Notes under the pieces: model-generated
Told to the model about the DNA's origin: nothing
Database searches by the model: none
Seen by the model: the letters and a program-made list of their open reading frames with translations, nothing else
DNA from: Phallusia mammillata
Taxonomy: Eukaryota
Reading direction: 5' to 3'
Assembly (NCBI GenBank): GCA_965637545.1
Contig: OZ281499.1
Location: forward strand, 14,260,001 to 14,324,000
DNA: 64,000 nt
Position numbers and translations under genes: made by a program
Shown: positions 25,553-39,059 of the stretch, one piece after another
Position numbering within the stretch: the first letter of the stretch is position 1
Layout: each line of letters starts with the position of its first letter

Positions 25553-27618
25553 ACTCCAGGATCCTCCTTCCCTGACGTCACCCGTTGATTTTTTCCATCC
25601 GGTCTTTGGAAACGTCCAGGCGGAGGCAATACCATGGACAAAATTGAACTATCCTTTAGGCAAGTACTATTTTGACCCATCACAATATGGTCAAGCGTGT
25701 ACATGCACTCGTGTCACACAAACGGAGACAATTCAACTTGGAACTAATGACATACGCGTTATTTCATTGCGTAACACCTGGCTCAAATTCAATTATAACT
25801 TTACCCAACACAATCGTTTTGAGCACCTGAATTCATTTACACTTTTGTCTCTATTTTTAATGACCCTAATAGAGAAATTTCAACGAATTAAGTTTGATGT
25901 TTACATACAACAAGATGTTTATTGGTATGATGTTAACCGTGCTAATGGCACTGATGCTATTTTCACACCCATACCAAATATTTTAGATTGTCATAGCACT
26001 ACACAATTACGCATATTACCTAATGCTACTGCATGCACCGAACCAGGTTGTTTTGGTTCCATGCGCATATCCATACCTGTTGGCACTATTTTTCGCACTG
26101 GAACTAATTTTCACCCCCAGGCTGATGATGATCCAATGCCTGGTTGTTCACAACCCCTTTACAGTTATTGGGGTGCTTCACACACTAATTTTCCTTATTC
26201 CTCTACTGGACCTAGAATGTATGTAAATATTACTCTTTTTGAACCTCGATTAACCCATGTTTCCTCACGTGAATTAGTTGCTACTATCCCACCTCCTTTA
26301 CACACTAATGGCCAACTTCTTGACCTATTTCTATTAGCTTTTCCTCAAGCATGGTATCCTAAGGATTCTATAATAACTTTCACTGCTCCCACACGTTTTT
26401 GGCAATATTCTACACAACCCTGGTGTAGCAGCGATCCTTTTGTTAAGAATGATCAAAAACCCTCTCATCTCTTAAATCTTTATACTAAATTTCCAGTTAA
26501 CCTTCGTTCTAGTCATTTCTGTCAACGTAAAATTAATGTTTCTTCGTGTCGTTATGCTACTGGTTCGCCGGAAGTGGCAATTGCCCACGGCGTCACACTA
26601 GCCCCTTTTCAAAATCAAAAAAGTATTCCACAAGCCCCAGTCGCTTTCAAAGCTACACTATTCCGACAAAAACGTTTTTTTATTACGTCATTGATTTCTT
26701 GTTTGTTTACTGAGGCAATTGTGCATTTTGAAATGCAACGTTTTGAAAAGCAACTCTCTTCACGTCTCAACAAATTACAAACCGAAATTGACGTGAAGTT
26801 TAATGAGACCGAGTCACAGATTTTGAATCTCTCTTCCGAGTTACAGAAAACCAATTTTGCAATCGAAGATCTACGTGACGGAACTGCAGCAGTTGCACGA
26901 GAATTGCAACGATTTGAGACAATGCAACTTTCAGAGGATCAGCGTCTGCTGCACCTCATTCAGGGAAACCAAATGTTAGCACTTCAGAACCAACGTGATC
27001 GTCTGGAGTTGACCCGAGCATCACTCAACACTACCATGGCACAACGCAATCTACTTCAAGCTTGCTTGAGATCGCTTCACACCCTTGATAATATCTCCAG
27101 CGATAACACTTCCGTTTATTCTTTCATGCTGTCAAAAGGAGAATTGCGTTTACGACGAATCGCTGCCATAGAAAACCTGTAAGTTGCTAACGTTACTCAT
27201 TCCAACTTCTCTTCTATGGAAGACCAATTACGTCATCAGTCAGTCAACTTCTCAACCCAACTCAACCAGGATACGGAAATCTTCGACAACATTACAACGA
27301 ATCTAACCTTCACCATCCAGCCTCTTGTTTTCACCGAAGACTCCGCACTCTTCAATTTTTCCCATGACGATATTCTCGCCGATACTGGTGCAGGAATTAA
27401 CTCACTTGAAGGTGTAGTAGAAACTGGTTTCAATGACGTCAAGTCCGTTGTTGACAACACTATTGATGACGCCACCGGAATCCTGGGAAAGCCCCTTCTT
27501 ATGATTGCCATCATTGGAAGTTCTGCGTTGGGAGCTTTTCTACTTCTTCTAGGAGGTTGCTATGGTTGGAACAAGTTTCGACAACACAAAGACAATCAAA
27601 CTTACACGAAAGGTATTG

Positions 27619-27626
<8 letters not shown>
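25389..27626 (+). pseudogene. env: env-like class I fusion glycoprotein, one in-frame stop at 27180-27182
   Basis: Signal peptide, many NxS/T sites, furin site RQKR (26664-26675) followed by hydrophobic FFITSLISCLF and a heptad repeat. ORF 27216-27626 is in the same frame and holds the TM segment. Confidence 0.85.
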
Positions 27627-30465
<2,839 letters not shown>

Positions 30466-30857
30466 TTAGCTGATTTTTTTGTATTGCCGATAACAACACA
30501 CGAGACGACCAAAAGGGAAAAAAACGAATTGGAAACCAAACAGTACAAAAACAGAGTCATAAAGCACAACAGCGTATACTTTTTTCTTTGAATTAAGTTT
30601 TTTGTTTATGATGTGGTGTAAAAGCAGGAACATTAGACATATAGTACGGATAAAGTAACAAAGGGAAACAAGATCGGAACGGTGGGTAGAAACAAAATTT
30701 TTGTTTAGTTGTAACGATAACAGATTCCAGAAATCAAGCACAAACACATGAGTGCAGCAACACCATCATATTTTTGCAGATTTTTTTTATACATTCTAGC
30801 AGGTTTTGTTAAGGGGGCAAGAAAATAAAATTTAAAATTAGGCAGAAATATGGCTGA

Positions 30858-33800
30858 CTATCCCACGGCCTCCCTCAATCCCTGGAATACTGGTAAAAAG
30901 GTTTGATCCATACGTTTTTTTTCAAAAGAAAAACGAGAAAAAATGCTCCGTCTAATTGTTTGCGTTATGTCTTTAACTTGTGGTACCGTATTTTCAAAAT
31001 GAAAATTGTTTCGATGTTTCCAAATCGCATGTTTAACTGTAGTAATTAAATAAATAATGATATCTGACCAGTATTCCAGGGAAGCCGTAATTTTCATATT
31101 AATTATCAAATTTATGTCAAATTGTATTGTTTTTCCACTAATTTTGTTCATAATTTTTTGAATGTTTTGCCAAATGGGTTTGATAAAATTACAATTTACA
31201 AATATGTGCCAAATGGTTTCAGGCTGCTTTCGACAGAAAGGACACTGCGTGTCGTTATCAGGGGAAGTATAGGTGAATTTGATTGAGACTGGCAAGCAGT
31301 CGTGAAATATTCGATAATTCAAAGTTTTTAAATTGTTTGAGAGGATAGGGTGGTGGATATTTCTCCAGTGATCTTCCTGGGACGGGGGGAGGGCATCACC
31401 GGAGAAATGTTTAAGGGATCGGTAAAGGGTACGGACCTTGCCGTTGATGAGGGTATCAAAATTTAAATGGTATTTTTTGATTAGTTTTAAAGAGTAGTCA
31501 TAGGGTGGGGATGGTACATCAGCATGGGGGATGTTGTTTAGGGGGCGCAAGTCGAAATGTCGGGAGAGCTGATGTCCAATATTGTATTCGATCAGGGCAA
31601 GGCCGGGGTCAGTCGGGGTGTTTTCTTTTCTGTGTTTACAGTATTTATATATATTGGTGAGGTAAAGGAGGTCGCAATATAGGGGGATATTTGCCACGCA
31701 GTATCCACCTCTGTCGAAAGCAGCACTTAGAGTGTTTATTGGGACGGCAACTCGTCGATCCCCGCAAACATATCTCTCCACCGCACCGTTTACGCTCTCC
31801 GCAAGGTCGTCAGGGAGTGGGTAAAGGGTGGCGGTATAGGAAAGGTGGGGAAGTAATTTAGTTTTGGTCAACATTGCTTTGGCGTTCCAAGTAGCGGGAT
31901 ATCGTTTAAGGTGGGCAATTTCGCGCCTCAAATTTAAGAGGTTTTGCTTCCATACAGGTCGCACGATGTCCTGTGGGCCAATGGTGGTACCTAAAATTTC
32001 TAATTTTTTTGTATTCCATTGGATAGGAGGTAGGAGGATAGAGGGTTGTATGTTTGGAGGCATAAGGCCTTGGGTTTTGTCTGGGTTAATTTGGAGGCCC
32101 GAAGCCGAAAAAAATTCTTTTAATGTATGGAAGGCTTTGTTCACGGAGAGAGGGTGAGTAAGGGTAAGGGTGATATCATCCGCATAGCTGGGGCACTTGA
32201 TCACGTGGCGCCCAGGTATGCGGAATCCTTCAATCCCTGGGTCATCTTGGAACGCCTGGGCTAAGGGTTCAATAGCCAAGATAAACAGATAAAGGCTAAG
32301 GGGGTCTCCCTGGCGGACCCCATTGGAGATGGGTACGTCAGCGGTGGAAAAACCGTTTACAAGGACTTTCGAGTTACCGTCCCGATACAAATTTTGTATA
32401 TTTTGGATAAATTTAGGAGGGAGGCCCTTTTTGTAGAGGACCCTCCAGAGCCATGAGTGGTCAATGGAGTCAAAGGCTTTTCTAAAATCTAGCGATACTA
32501 GGAAATAGTCCGTCCCCCTCTTCCGGGACCCATACAGGAGATCCCGCAATAGAGTTGTGGCTTCCGAGATTCTCTTGTTTGGGGCTGCAAACTGGTGGGG
32601 GTGTACGAGTCCAGGTAAATGGGCCTTAAGGCGATGTGAAAGGATTTTGGTGTAGATTTTGAAATCCGTGTTGAGCAGGGAGATAGGGCGATAATTGCCT
32701 AAATCATTCTTGTTTCCTTTTTTGTAAATTAAGGTGACAAGTCCATCATTAAATTTGGAAGGAATTTGACCATTATGAATCGAATTGATGATTTCCGTGA
32801 ATTTTGTTCCGATGGTCTCCCAGTTGATTTTATAAAATTCAAAAGAGATACCATCGGGTCCCGGTGACTTCCCAGCTTTAAAAGTGCCGAGCACGCTTTC
32901 AATTTCACTTTTAGTAATTGGTTTGACAAGGTCTAAACATGCGTCCTCGTCCAATTTGGGTTTGATATTAAATAAGAATTTATCTTGGATGGACTTATCA
33001 GGGGTAAATTTGGTATATAGTTTGGTATAAAATTTTGAAGTTATGTTTAAAATGGCCGAATTAGTTGAATTGATGTGCCCAGTATCGTCAATTAGGTTGG
33101 TAATCATAGAATTTGTACGATTCTGGGCATATTTTCTATAGAAGTCCTTGGTCCCCCTATCTCCCTGCTCAAACTTTAGGAGATAATTTCTAGTTATTTT
33201 TTTTCTTGCATTATTTCGGATCAATAATTCTAATTGTTTTTTTCTTTCAAGGTATCTGGGGAGAAGGGTAGGATTCTCTGCGAGGCCCCCCCAGATCTCA
33301 GACACCTCTCGCTCCAGCTGCTTTTGTTTACCATTACGTTGTCGGGCTTCGGATTTTGCTATTTTAATGTTCAAATGTTTAATTTTACTTTTGACGTACA
33401 TCCACCAGGAGGGGCTGTTTGGAAACCTCTTACCCTCCAATGACAACCACTGGGGCCAGAGCTCCATCAGCTCCTCCTGGAAGGATTTATTATAAGCGCT
33501 AGTGTTATTTTTCCACGGCGGTGACCCTCGTTTTGGAATAGGTCCAATTTGTAAGGTGAGGATCACCGCATCGTGATCAGAAAGAGGGAAGGGTTTGGTT
33601 GCTTCTGCAATGGGGCGTGTAGATGGGCTGGAATAAAAACGATCGATTCTTGACTGAGCCTTTTCGCTCCTATATGTAAAAATTGGGGCATCTCCATATA
33701 GGGAGCGAAAAGTGTCCGAGAGCTGCAAGTCCTCGCAGAGTTGCCTTAAGGAAATCATTGCTGCATTGAGTCTTTTGGTTGGAGGGAAACGGTCTATGCC

Positions 33801-34268
33801 AGGACGTTCGACCCCGTTAAAATCACCACCGAGTAGTGTAGGGTGTTTTGAGGTTACATAAAGGTAAAGTTGTTCAAAGAAAGCTTTTCTTATACCTATT
33901 TTGTAAGTTGTCGTAGGGGCATAAACATTAACAATGTTTAAAGTTTGTGAAAATAATTTAACTGTTGTTGCCACAACTCTCCCATCCCGATCCCCCACAT
34001 GGGACACGAAAGAGAGAGACGGGTGTTTTAAAACTATCGCTACTCCATTGACACTCAATCTGTTGGTCGATTGATTAGAGTGGAAGATAGCTCTGGAAGG
34101 TCCCCACTCTTGTGCCCATATCTCCTCCACCTCGATTCTCGAGTGAGTTTCTTGGAGGAGGATGATATGGGCATCCAACTGTCGGAGACCGTCGAAGACT
34201 GCCATTCGTTTGGCAGCATCAGCCAGTCCCCGGCAGTTGAGAGTCACTACTTTAAGATAGTCAGCCAT
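30858..34268 (-). CDS. Element B ORF2: APE endonuclease, RT, C-terminal Zn finger (1,136 aa)
   Basis: TLNCRGL, LLQETH, SDH, YRPISLLNTD, SLDFRKAFD, GVRQGDPLS, YADD, CPFC...H...C. Confidence 0.95.
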   Translation of the reverse strand: MADYLKVVTLNCRGLADAAKRMAVFDGLRQLDAHIILLQETHSRIEVEEIWAQEWGPSRAIFHSNQSTNRLSVNGVAIVLKHPSLSFVSHVGDRDGRVVATTVKLFSQTLNIVNVYAPTTTYKIGIRKAFFEQLYLYVTSKHPTLLGGDFNGVERPGIDRFPPTKRLNAAMISLRQLCEDLQLSDTFRSLYGDAPIFTYRSEKAQSRIDRFYSSPSTRPIAEATKPFPLSDHDAVILTLQIGPIPKRGSPPWKNNTSAYNKSFQEELMELWPQWLSLEGKRFPNSPSWWMYVKSKIKHLNIKIAKSEARQRNGKQKQLEREVSEIWGGLAENPTLLPRYLERKKQLELLIRNNARKKITRNYLLKFEQGDRGTKDFYRKYAQNRTNSMITNLIDDTGHINSTNSAILNITSKFYTKLYTKFTPDKSIQDKFLFNIKPKLDEDACLDLVKPITKSEIESVLGTFKAGKSPGPDGISFEFYKINWETIGTKFTEIINSIHNGQIPSKFNDGLVTLIYKKGNKNDLGNYRPISLLNTDFKIYTKILSHRLKAHLPGLVHPHQFAAPNKRISEATTLLRDLLYGSRKRGTDYFLVSLDFRKAFDSIDHSWLWRVLYKKGLPPKFIQNIQNLYRDGNSKVLVNGFSTADVPISNGVRQGDPLSLYLFILAIEPLAQAFQDDPGIEGFRIPGRHVIKCPSYADDITLTLTHPLSVNKAFHTLKEFFSASGLQINPDKTQGLMPPNIQPSILLPPIQWNTKKLEILGTTIGPQDIVRPVWKQNLLNLRREIAHLKRYPATWNAKAMLTKTKLLPHLSYTATLYPLPDDLAESVNGAVERYVCGDRRVAVPINTLSAAFDRGGYCVANIPLYCDLLYLTNIYKYCKHRKENTPTDPGLALIEYNIGHQLSRHFDLRPLNNIPHADVPSPPYDYSLKLIKKYHLNFDTLINGKVRTLYRSLKHFSGDALPPSQEDHWRNIHHPILSNNLKTLNYRIFHDCLPVSIKFTYTSPDNDTQCPFCRKQPETIWHIFVNCNFIKPIWQNIQKIMNKISGKTIQFDINLIINMKITASLEYWSDIIIYLITTVKHAIWKHRNNFHFENTVPQVKDITQTIRRSIFSRFSFEKKRMDQTFLPVFQGLREAVG

Positions 34269-34321
34269 AATAAATTAAGTAGACATTGAAACAAAGGTAC
34301 ACAGCAAAATAAAAAAGAGAT

Positions 34322-35747
34322 TTACAGGCGCTGATTTTGTATGCCACCAGGGTCACTAGAATTATGCGAGAAAGGATGGTGCGTTCTATTACACGTAAGG
34401 CAAACAGACGCCCTTCCTGGTTGCACCGCAATAATAGAGCCGCACGTACAACCGAAAGTAATATTGTTGCAATTTTCGCAGACTTTCTGTTTGCCCGGTT
34501 TAGGTTCACCTACAAAACGCCCACATGGGCATTTGGACATTTTTTTGTTAGCCTTATTCGGTGAGGGCGTGGAACGCCCCTTCCGCTTACGGCTCACCTT
34601 GGTGAAAGCCTCTTGTGAGTCCTCCTCTTCCTTATTCTCCTCCCCTTCTCCACTTGATGACTCCATGTTCGAGGTGGGATCCAGTTCTCCTTCATCATTC
34701 TCCTCCTCGAATTCTGATTCATTTTGGATTATCTCCTCATGTGCATACGTTGATAGAGCTGGGCTCTCCATATTATCTGCCTCCAAGGAGTCTTCAGGCA
34801 CCTTTTCCGGTGGGGGGGGCTTGTTCTCCGGAGTTGGACTGAGCCGCTACAGTAGCCTCTCGTAGGTTGTCAAGTGCCTCGTGGACTGCCTTGCGGTTTC
34901 TTTCTTGATCAACCACTGTTGCGTGGCGGCTCCTTCCCTGCTTTACTTTCTTGGGGTCCTTCGGACTGATCTGTAGGGAAGGGAAATCTTCTTCTTCAAG
35001 CATATTTTTGGGACACTCTTTTTCCCGGTGGCCAAAGCCACGACAGAGAAAGCAGTATTCCGGTTGTTGTGGGTAATTTACCCTGAATGTGAAACCATCC
35101 ACTCTTATTCTGGTTGGGATCGGGTTTTTCTTTAGATCCTCGGTCCTCATTTCAAAAATTCTTCTGCCGTTGAACTTTCTAAACTGTGGGTCACGTAACT
35201 TGTAGTATTTAAAAACTTCGCCGTGGAACCTCGCCAGATTTTGTACGAAAGGTTGCCATTCGAACCTATTGGGAACGTCGCGGAAAAGAACTTCTGTTAC
35301 TAGAGGGTCGTGCAATTTTGCATACTCAACTTCCGTAAGTGAGGATAGCCTCTCTGCAAGAATAGATGCTTTTTCTCTAGATGTGCATGTAATATCTGTC
35401 AGCCCATTTTGCCTTTCAACAATTCCTTCGATAGCCTCAAGAGGGAATTTAACTTTCTGAATCCATTTGTAGATTAACGATCTTGTTTTCCTTGCGGGGA
35501 ACTTTACAAGAACTTCGGTTTCTCGTGAAAAAAGTGGTGCATTCTCAGATTTTGCAGATGCCACTTGATTCCATGCTCTGCCTCCTACTTTATACGGTGT
35601 GGAGACAGACGCTTCATTTTTTCTGTTTACTTCTCGGTTTGGGGGAAACCCCTCGCTTGGCGGATGAGCGGAAGGGCCTTCAGACAAGGCCTGCATCTTG
35701 ACTAACAACTGCTTCTGCTCTCTGTTGTGAAATTTGCATAAATCCAA
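34322..35747 (-). pseudogene. Element B ORF1, with a 1-nt frameshift in the G8 run at ~34812-34819
   Basis: CCHC knuckle CFLCRGFGHREKEC. Removing one base of the homopolymer joins the two ORF pieces into a protein colinear with element C ORF1. The true start may be the ATG at ~35696. Confidence 0.85.
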
Positions 35748-35892
35748 TTTGCATCAATCCAAATGGGATATGTCCGATATCCATATATCCACGTATAATC
35801 CGTAAGTGCAAAAACAGCTTGACTATCTTGAATACTTGCAAAGCTGCGTTGAAAACAGATTACTGACTGCTAATTGCTGCCTGCTTAGCTGA

Positions 35893-36159
35893 GCGAATGA
35901 CAAACCAAACAAGGTCGAATGCCTGCCACTCGCCGCCCTTCTCCTTTTATAGCTCTCGCCTTTGTCGAAATTCTCTCGCACTCCGATCACGCTCGGATCA
36001 CGACTCGACCACAAGGGGCCATTGTTTCCTTTTGCTCCCGGGAGCGCCGCTCGTCGGGAGGACGGACGCCTCATTTGCATGGAGCGCCTATAAATGCCCG
36101 CGGTGGCCGGAGAGCCGCTCAGTTCGTTTCCTTTCGAAAGAAATTCAGTGAGCAGCAGC
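35893..36159. promoter_or_regulatory. Divergent H2A/H2B promoter with TATA boxes and H2B octamer
   Basis: CTCATTTGCAT (octamer 36073-36080) upstream of TATAAA (36089). TATAAAA on the minus strand serves H2A. Repeated at ~46950-47218 and ~63172-63440. Confidence 0.8.
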
Positions 36160-36519
36160 ATGGCAGCTAGCAAAGGCACCAAGAAGGCAGTGAAGAAGGC
36201 CGCGCCGGCCGACAAGACCAAGAAGCGGCGAAAGCGCAGACGCGAGACCTTCAGCATCTACATTTACAAGGTGTTGAAGCAGGTGCACCCCGACACCGGC
36301 ATCTCGAGCCGGGCGATGGGCATCATGAACTCGTTCGTCAACGACGTGTTCGAGCGCATCGCCGGCGAGGCGTCGCGCCTGTCGCTCTACAACAAGCGGT
36401 CGACCATCAGCAGCCGCGAGATCCAGACCTCGGTCCGTCTGCTCCTGCCCGGCGAATTGGCCAAGCACGCGGTGTCCGAAGGCACCAAGGCCGTCACCAA
36501 GTACACCAGCTCCAAGTAA
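36160..36519 (+). CDS. H2B: Histone H2B (119 aa)
   Basis: MAASKGTKK...KYTSSK. Stem-loop at 36601-36616. Confidence 0.96.
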   Translation: MAASKGTKKAVKKAAPADKTKKRRKRRRETFSIYIYKVLKQVHPDTGISSRAMGIMNSFVNDVFERIAGEASRLSLYNKRSTISSREIQTSVRLLLPGELAKHAVSEGTKAVTKYTSSK

Positions 36520-37956
36520 GCAAGCCACCACCACCAGCAGCAAGCGCCGCCGCGGGGGGCCTCATCCTCAGCGAGCGCCGCCGCCGCCGCCAACCAAAAC
36601 GGCTCTTTTCAGAGCCACCCGATCGTTCAGGGAGAGAATCAATCGCGAGCGCCGAAAGGCCTGCTTTGCCGACTTTCTTGTCGTTTCTGTTTTTTTGCTT
36701 TTTTTTCCCTTCTCATTTTGCTCCGTGCCAACAAGAAAAAACAAAAACCAAAAAATGTCGTTGCGCACAATGTACCGCCGCCACGGCAAAGCGCACTTTG
36801 CTTTTTGTGTTGGCCACTTCAGCGTTGGGACCACCCTCGATCTAGCCGCTTTTTCGCGAGTCGAGTCGACAGGCAAACACTGTTTGTTTTCAATGCCCCC
36901 AAAACTGCGCCGTTGCCAGCCCAGTTCAGTTCCGCTGCCACTCGGAAAAAAAACGACCCGACCTCGCCGAACCGAAACTCAACCAGTAGCCCGAGGGAAA
37001 AACCCCAGACCGCGAACGATTTTACAGCCATTAAAAGGAACACAAGTGCGTCATAACCTGCCGCAAGCCAGAGAAATAGGAAAAGATGGACAAAGCGGCA
37101 ACACCGCGCGCTCGGCTTTACGTGCGCCGCACGATTTCGCCTCCTGCCAATACCCACGCGCGCATCGAACCGCAAAAGCCGCGCAAACTGGCGAAACAAA
37201 ATACTGAAACGTGGTGCAGCAAGCCGACCGGCGAACTAACGACAACCGTCAGGCGCCACCCGCCCCACCGACGAGCCGAACCCGTGCAAATGCGTCGACA
37301 AAACGCAATCAACGGGCGCGAGGCCAAGGGCCAAGGCAAACAACCAAACAACCAAACACGCGTGCTGTCTCACTTTCGGCCCTCTCTCTTTCGCTCTGGT
37401 GGCCCGACCAGCGGCGTGACCCCTGCTGCGCACGCGCCGGGCCCAACCTGTACTAACCCGCGGCCTTGGCGGCCCCACCACTTCGACCCGCACCACCGCA
37501 CCGGACAGTGCCCGGTGCCACGAGCTCCGGGCCACCTGGGACTTGCGTTTTCGACAAGAGAAATCGCCTGAATCCGTCCCACCCGGGCCCACGCCCGCGT
37601 GAAGGCCACGCCTGCACTCGACCGGGCGCACCGCACACCTTGCCGCCTCGCTCCTGAGCCCCCCGTGGAGCGCGGCGGCGCGGTGCCGGTCTGCAATTGC
37701 GCTGGCGTGCGCCCTGAGCGCTACGCTCCTCGACAGGGCACAGGCCGACGCCGAGCGACCTGGGGCCGCGCTTGGGCAGGCCCGCGTTTAGGCGATTCAA
37801 GCACAAACAGCAAGTTGCACCCGCACCGTCGGCGGGCTTTCCGAAACGTCGTTTCGCGTTAGTGCGGACACGCCGTACAAATACGCGTCGAAGCCGCTCG
37901 ACCGGCAAACGTCATTTCTTTGTCAGTCAGTCAGTCAGTCACTAGCAGAAATCAAA

Positions 37957-38553
37957 ATGTCCGACGCGAAGAGCGCAGGAAAGAAGCAGGCCAGCAAGAA
38001 GGCGGCCGCGCCCAAGGCGCACCCCACATACCAGGAGATGATCAGCGCTGCCATCGCGCAGCTGAAGGAGAGGGGCGGCTCGTCGCGCCAGGCGATCGCC
38101 AAGTACATCAAGGCCAACTACAAGGTGGGTGACTCGGCCGACAGCCATATCAAGCTGGCGCTGCGGCGCCTTGCCGAAAAGGGCCAGTTGGCACGCACCA
38201 AGGGCACCGGCGCGTCCGGCTCCTTCAAGCTCGTGAAGCCGCAGGCCGGCGAGGGCAAGAAGAAGAAGAAGCCCAAGGCAGCAGCCGGCAAGAAGGCGGA
38301 CAAGCCCAAGGCGGCCGCAGCCAAGAAGGACGCGAAGAAGTCCCCGAAAAAGAAGCCGGCCGCCAAAAAAGCGCCTGCCAAGAAGGCGGCGGCGGGCAAG
38401 AAGTCGTCACCCAAGAAGGCGGCCAAGCAAGCGAAAAGGGCCCCGGCTGCGGCGGCTAAGAAGTCACCCAAGAAGACGGCTGTGAAGGCGAAGAAACCGG
38501 CAGCCAAGAAGCAGGCCAAAAAGCCTGCCGCCAAGAAGGCGACCAAGAAGTAG
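37957..38553 (+). CDS. H1: Linker histone H1 (198 aa)
   Basis: Globular domain HPTYQEMI...GSSRQAI...GASGSFKL and a K/A/P-rich tail. Stem-loop at 38591-38606. Confidence 0.95.
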   Translation: MSDAKSAGKKQASKKAAAPKAHPTYQEMISAAIAQLKERGGSSRQAIAKYIKANYKVGDSADSHIKLALRRLAEKGQLARTKGTGASGSFKLVKPQAGEGKKKKKPKAAAGKKADKPKAAAAKKDAKKSPKKKPAAKKAPAKKAAAGKKSSPKKAAKQAKRAPAAAAKKSPKKTAVKAKKPAAKKQAKKPAAKKATKK

Positions 38554-38832
38554 AGCGGAGCGCGGTAGATTTTCCGCGCGCAACAAAAACGGCTCTTTTC
38601 AGGGCCACCCACACTTTCGCAAAGGGAAAAACAACTCGTGTTTTGCGCGCGCCAGTCGCACTTAGCCTTTCGAAACTGAAATTCCTACCATTCGTTGCCG
38701 AGCCATGGCTCCGCTGCGCCGAATGCGGACATATTGTGCATATTCGCTTCGCTTACGTTCGTTTTCATACTTTATAAGCCGGAGGCGGGCCTGGAGACGC
38801 ACCACAACGGAAACAACAACGTTATCGTCATC

Positions 38833-38870
38833 ATGTCAGGACGCGGCAAAGGTGGCAAAGGATTGGGAAA
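38833..38870 (+). pseudogene. H4: 5' stub of histone H4 left upstream of element C
   Basis: ATGTCAGGACGCGGCAAAGGTGGCAAAGGATTGGGAAA behind an intact H4 promoter (TATAA at 38773). Confidence 0.93.
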
Positions 38871-39059
38871 TTAGTCTGATTTCTGCCGGAAAGCTTGAAC
38901 ACAGGGTCGGAAGAGACCCTGTTTTGGATTTACTTATTGGATTTATTCACTGCTCTCATTGGATTTTGGATTATCCTTAAAGATCTGTGACGCACCACAA
39001 ACTAAAAGTGGGCGTGGTTACCCCGCCCTTTAAGGTCGTGGGTCATCATTGTTTACAAC

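Larger units (their letters stand above)
30474..35877 (-). mobile_element. Element B: full-length L1/Tx1-type retrotransposon (5,404 bp) in the H2A 5' leader
   Basis: 15-bp TSD TGCCTGCTTAGCTGA at 30459-30473 and 35878-35892. Spacing excess over an intact unit is 5,419 bp. Short A tail, ORF1 and ORF2 present. Confidence 0.95.

Noticed and set aside
36620-37930. Possible 5S rRNA or snRNA gene in the GC-rich H2B-H1 spacer or the H3-H2A spacer
   Set aside because: No recognisable 5S, U1, U2 or spliced-leader sequence was seen by eye. An Rfam scan would be needed to exclude it fully.
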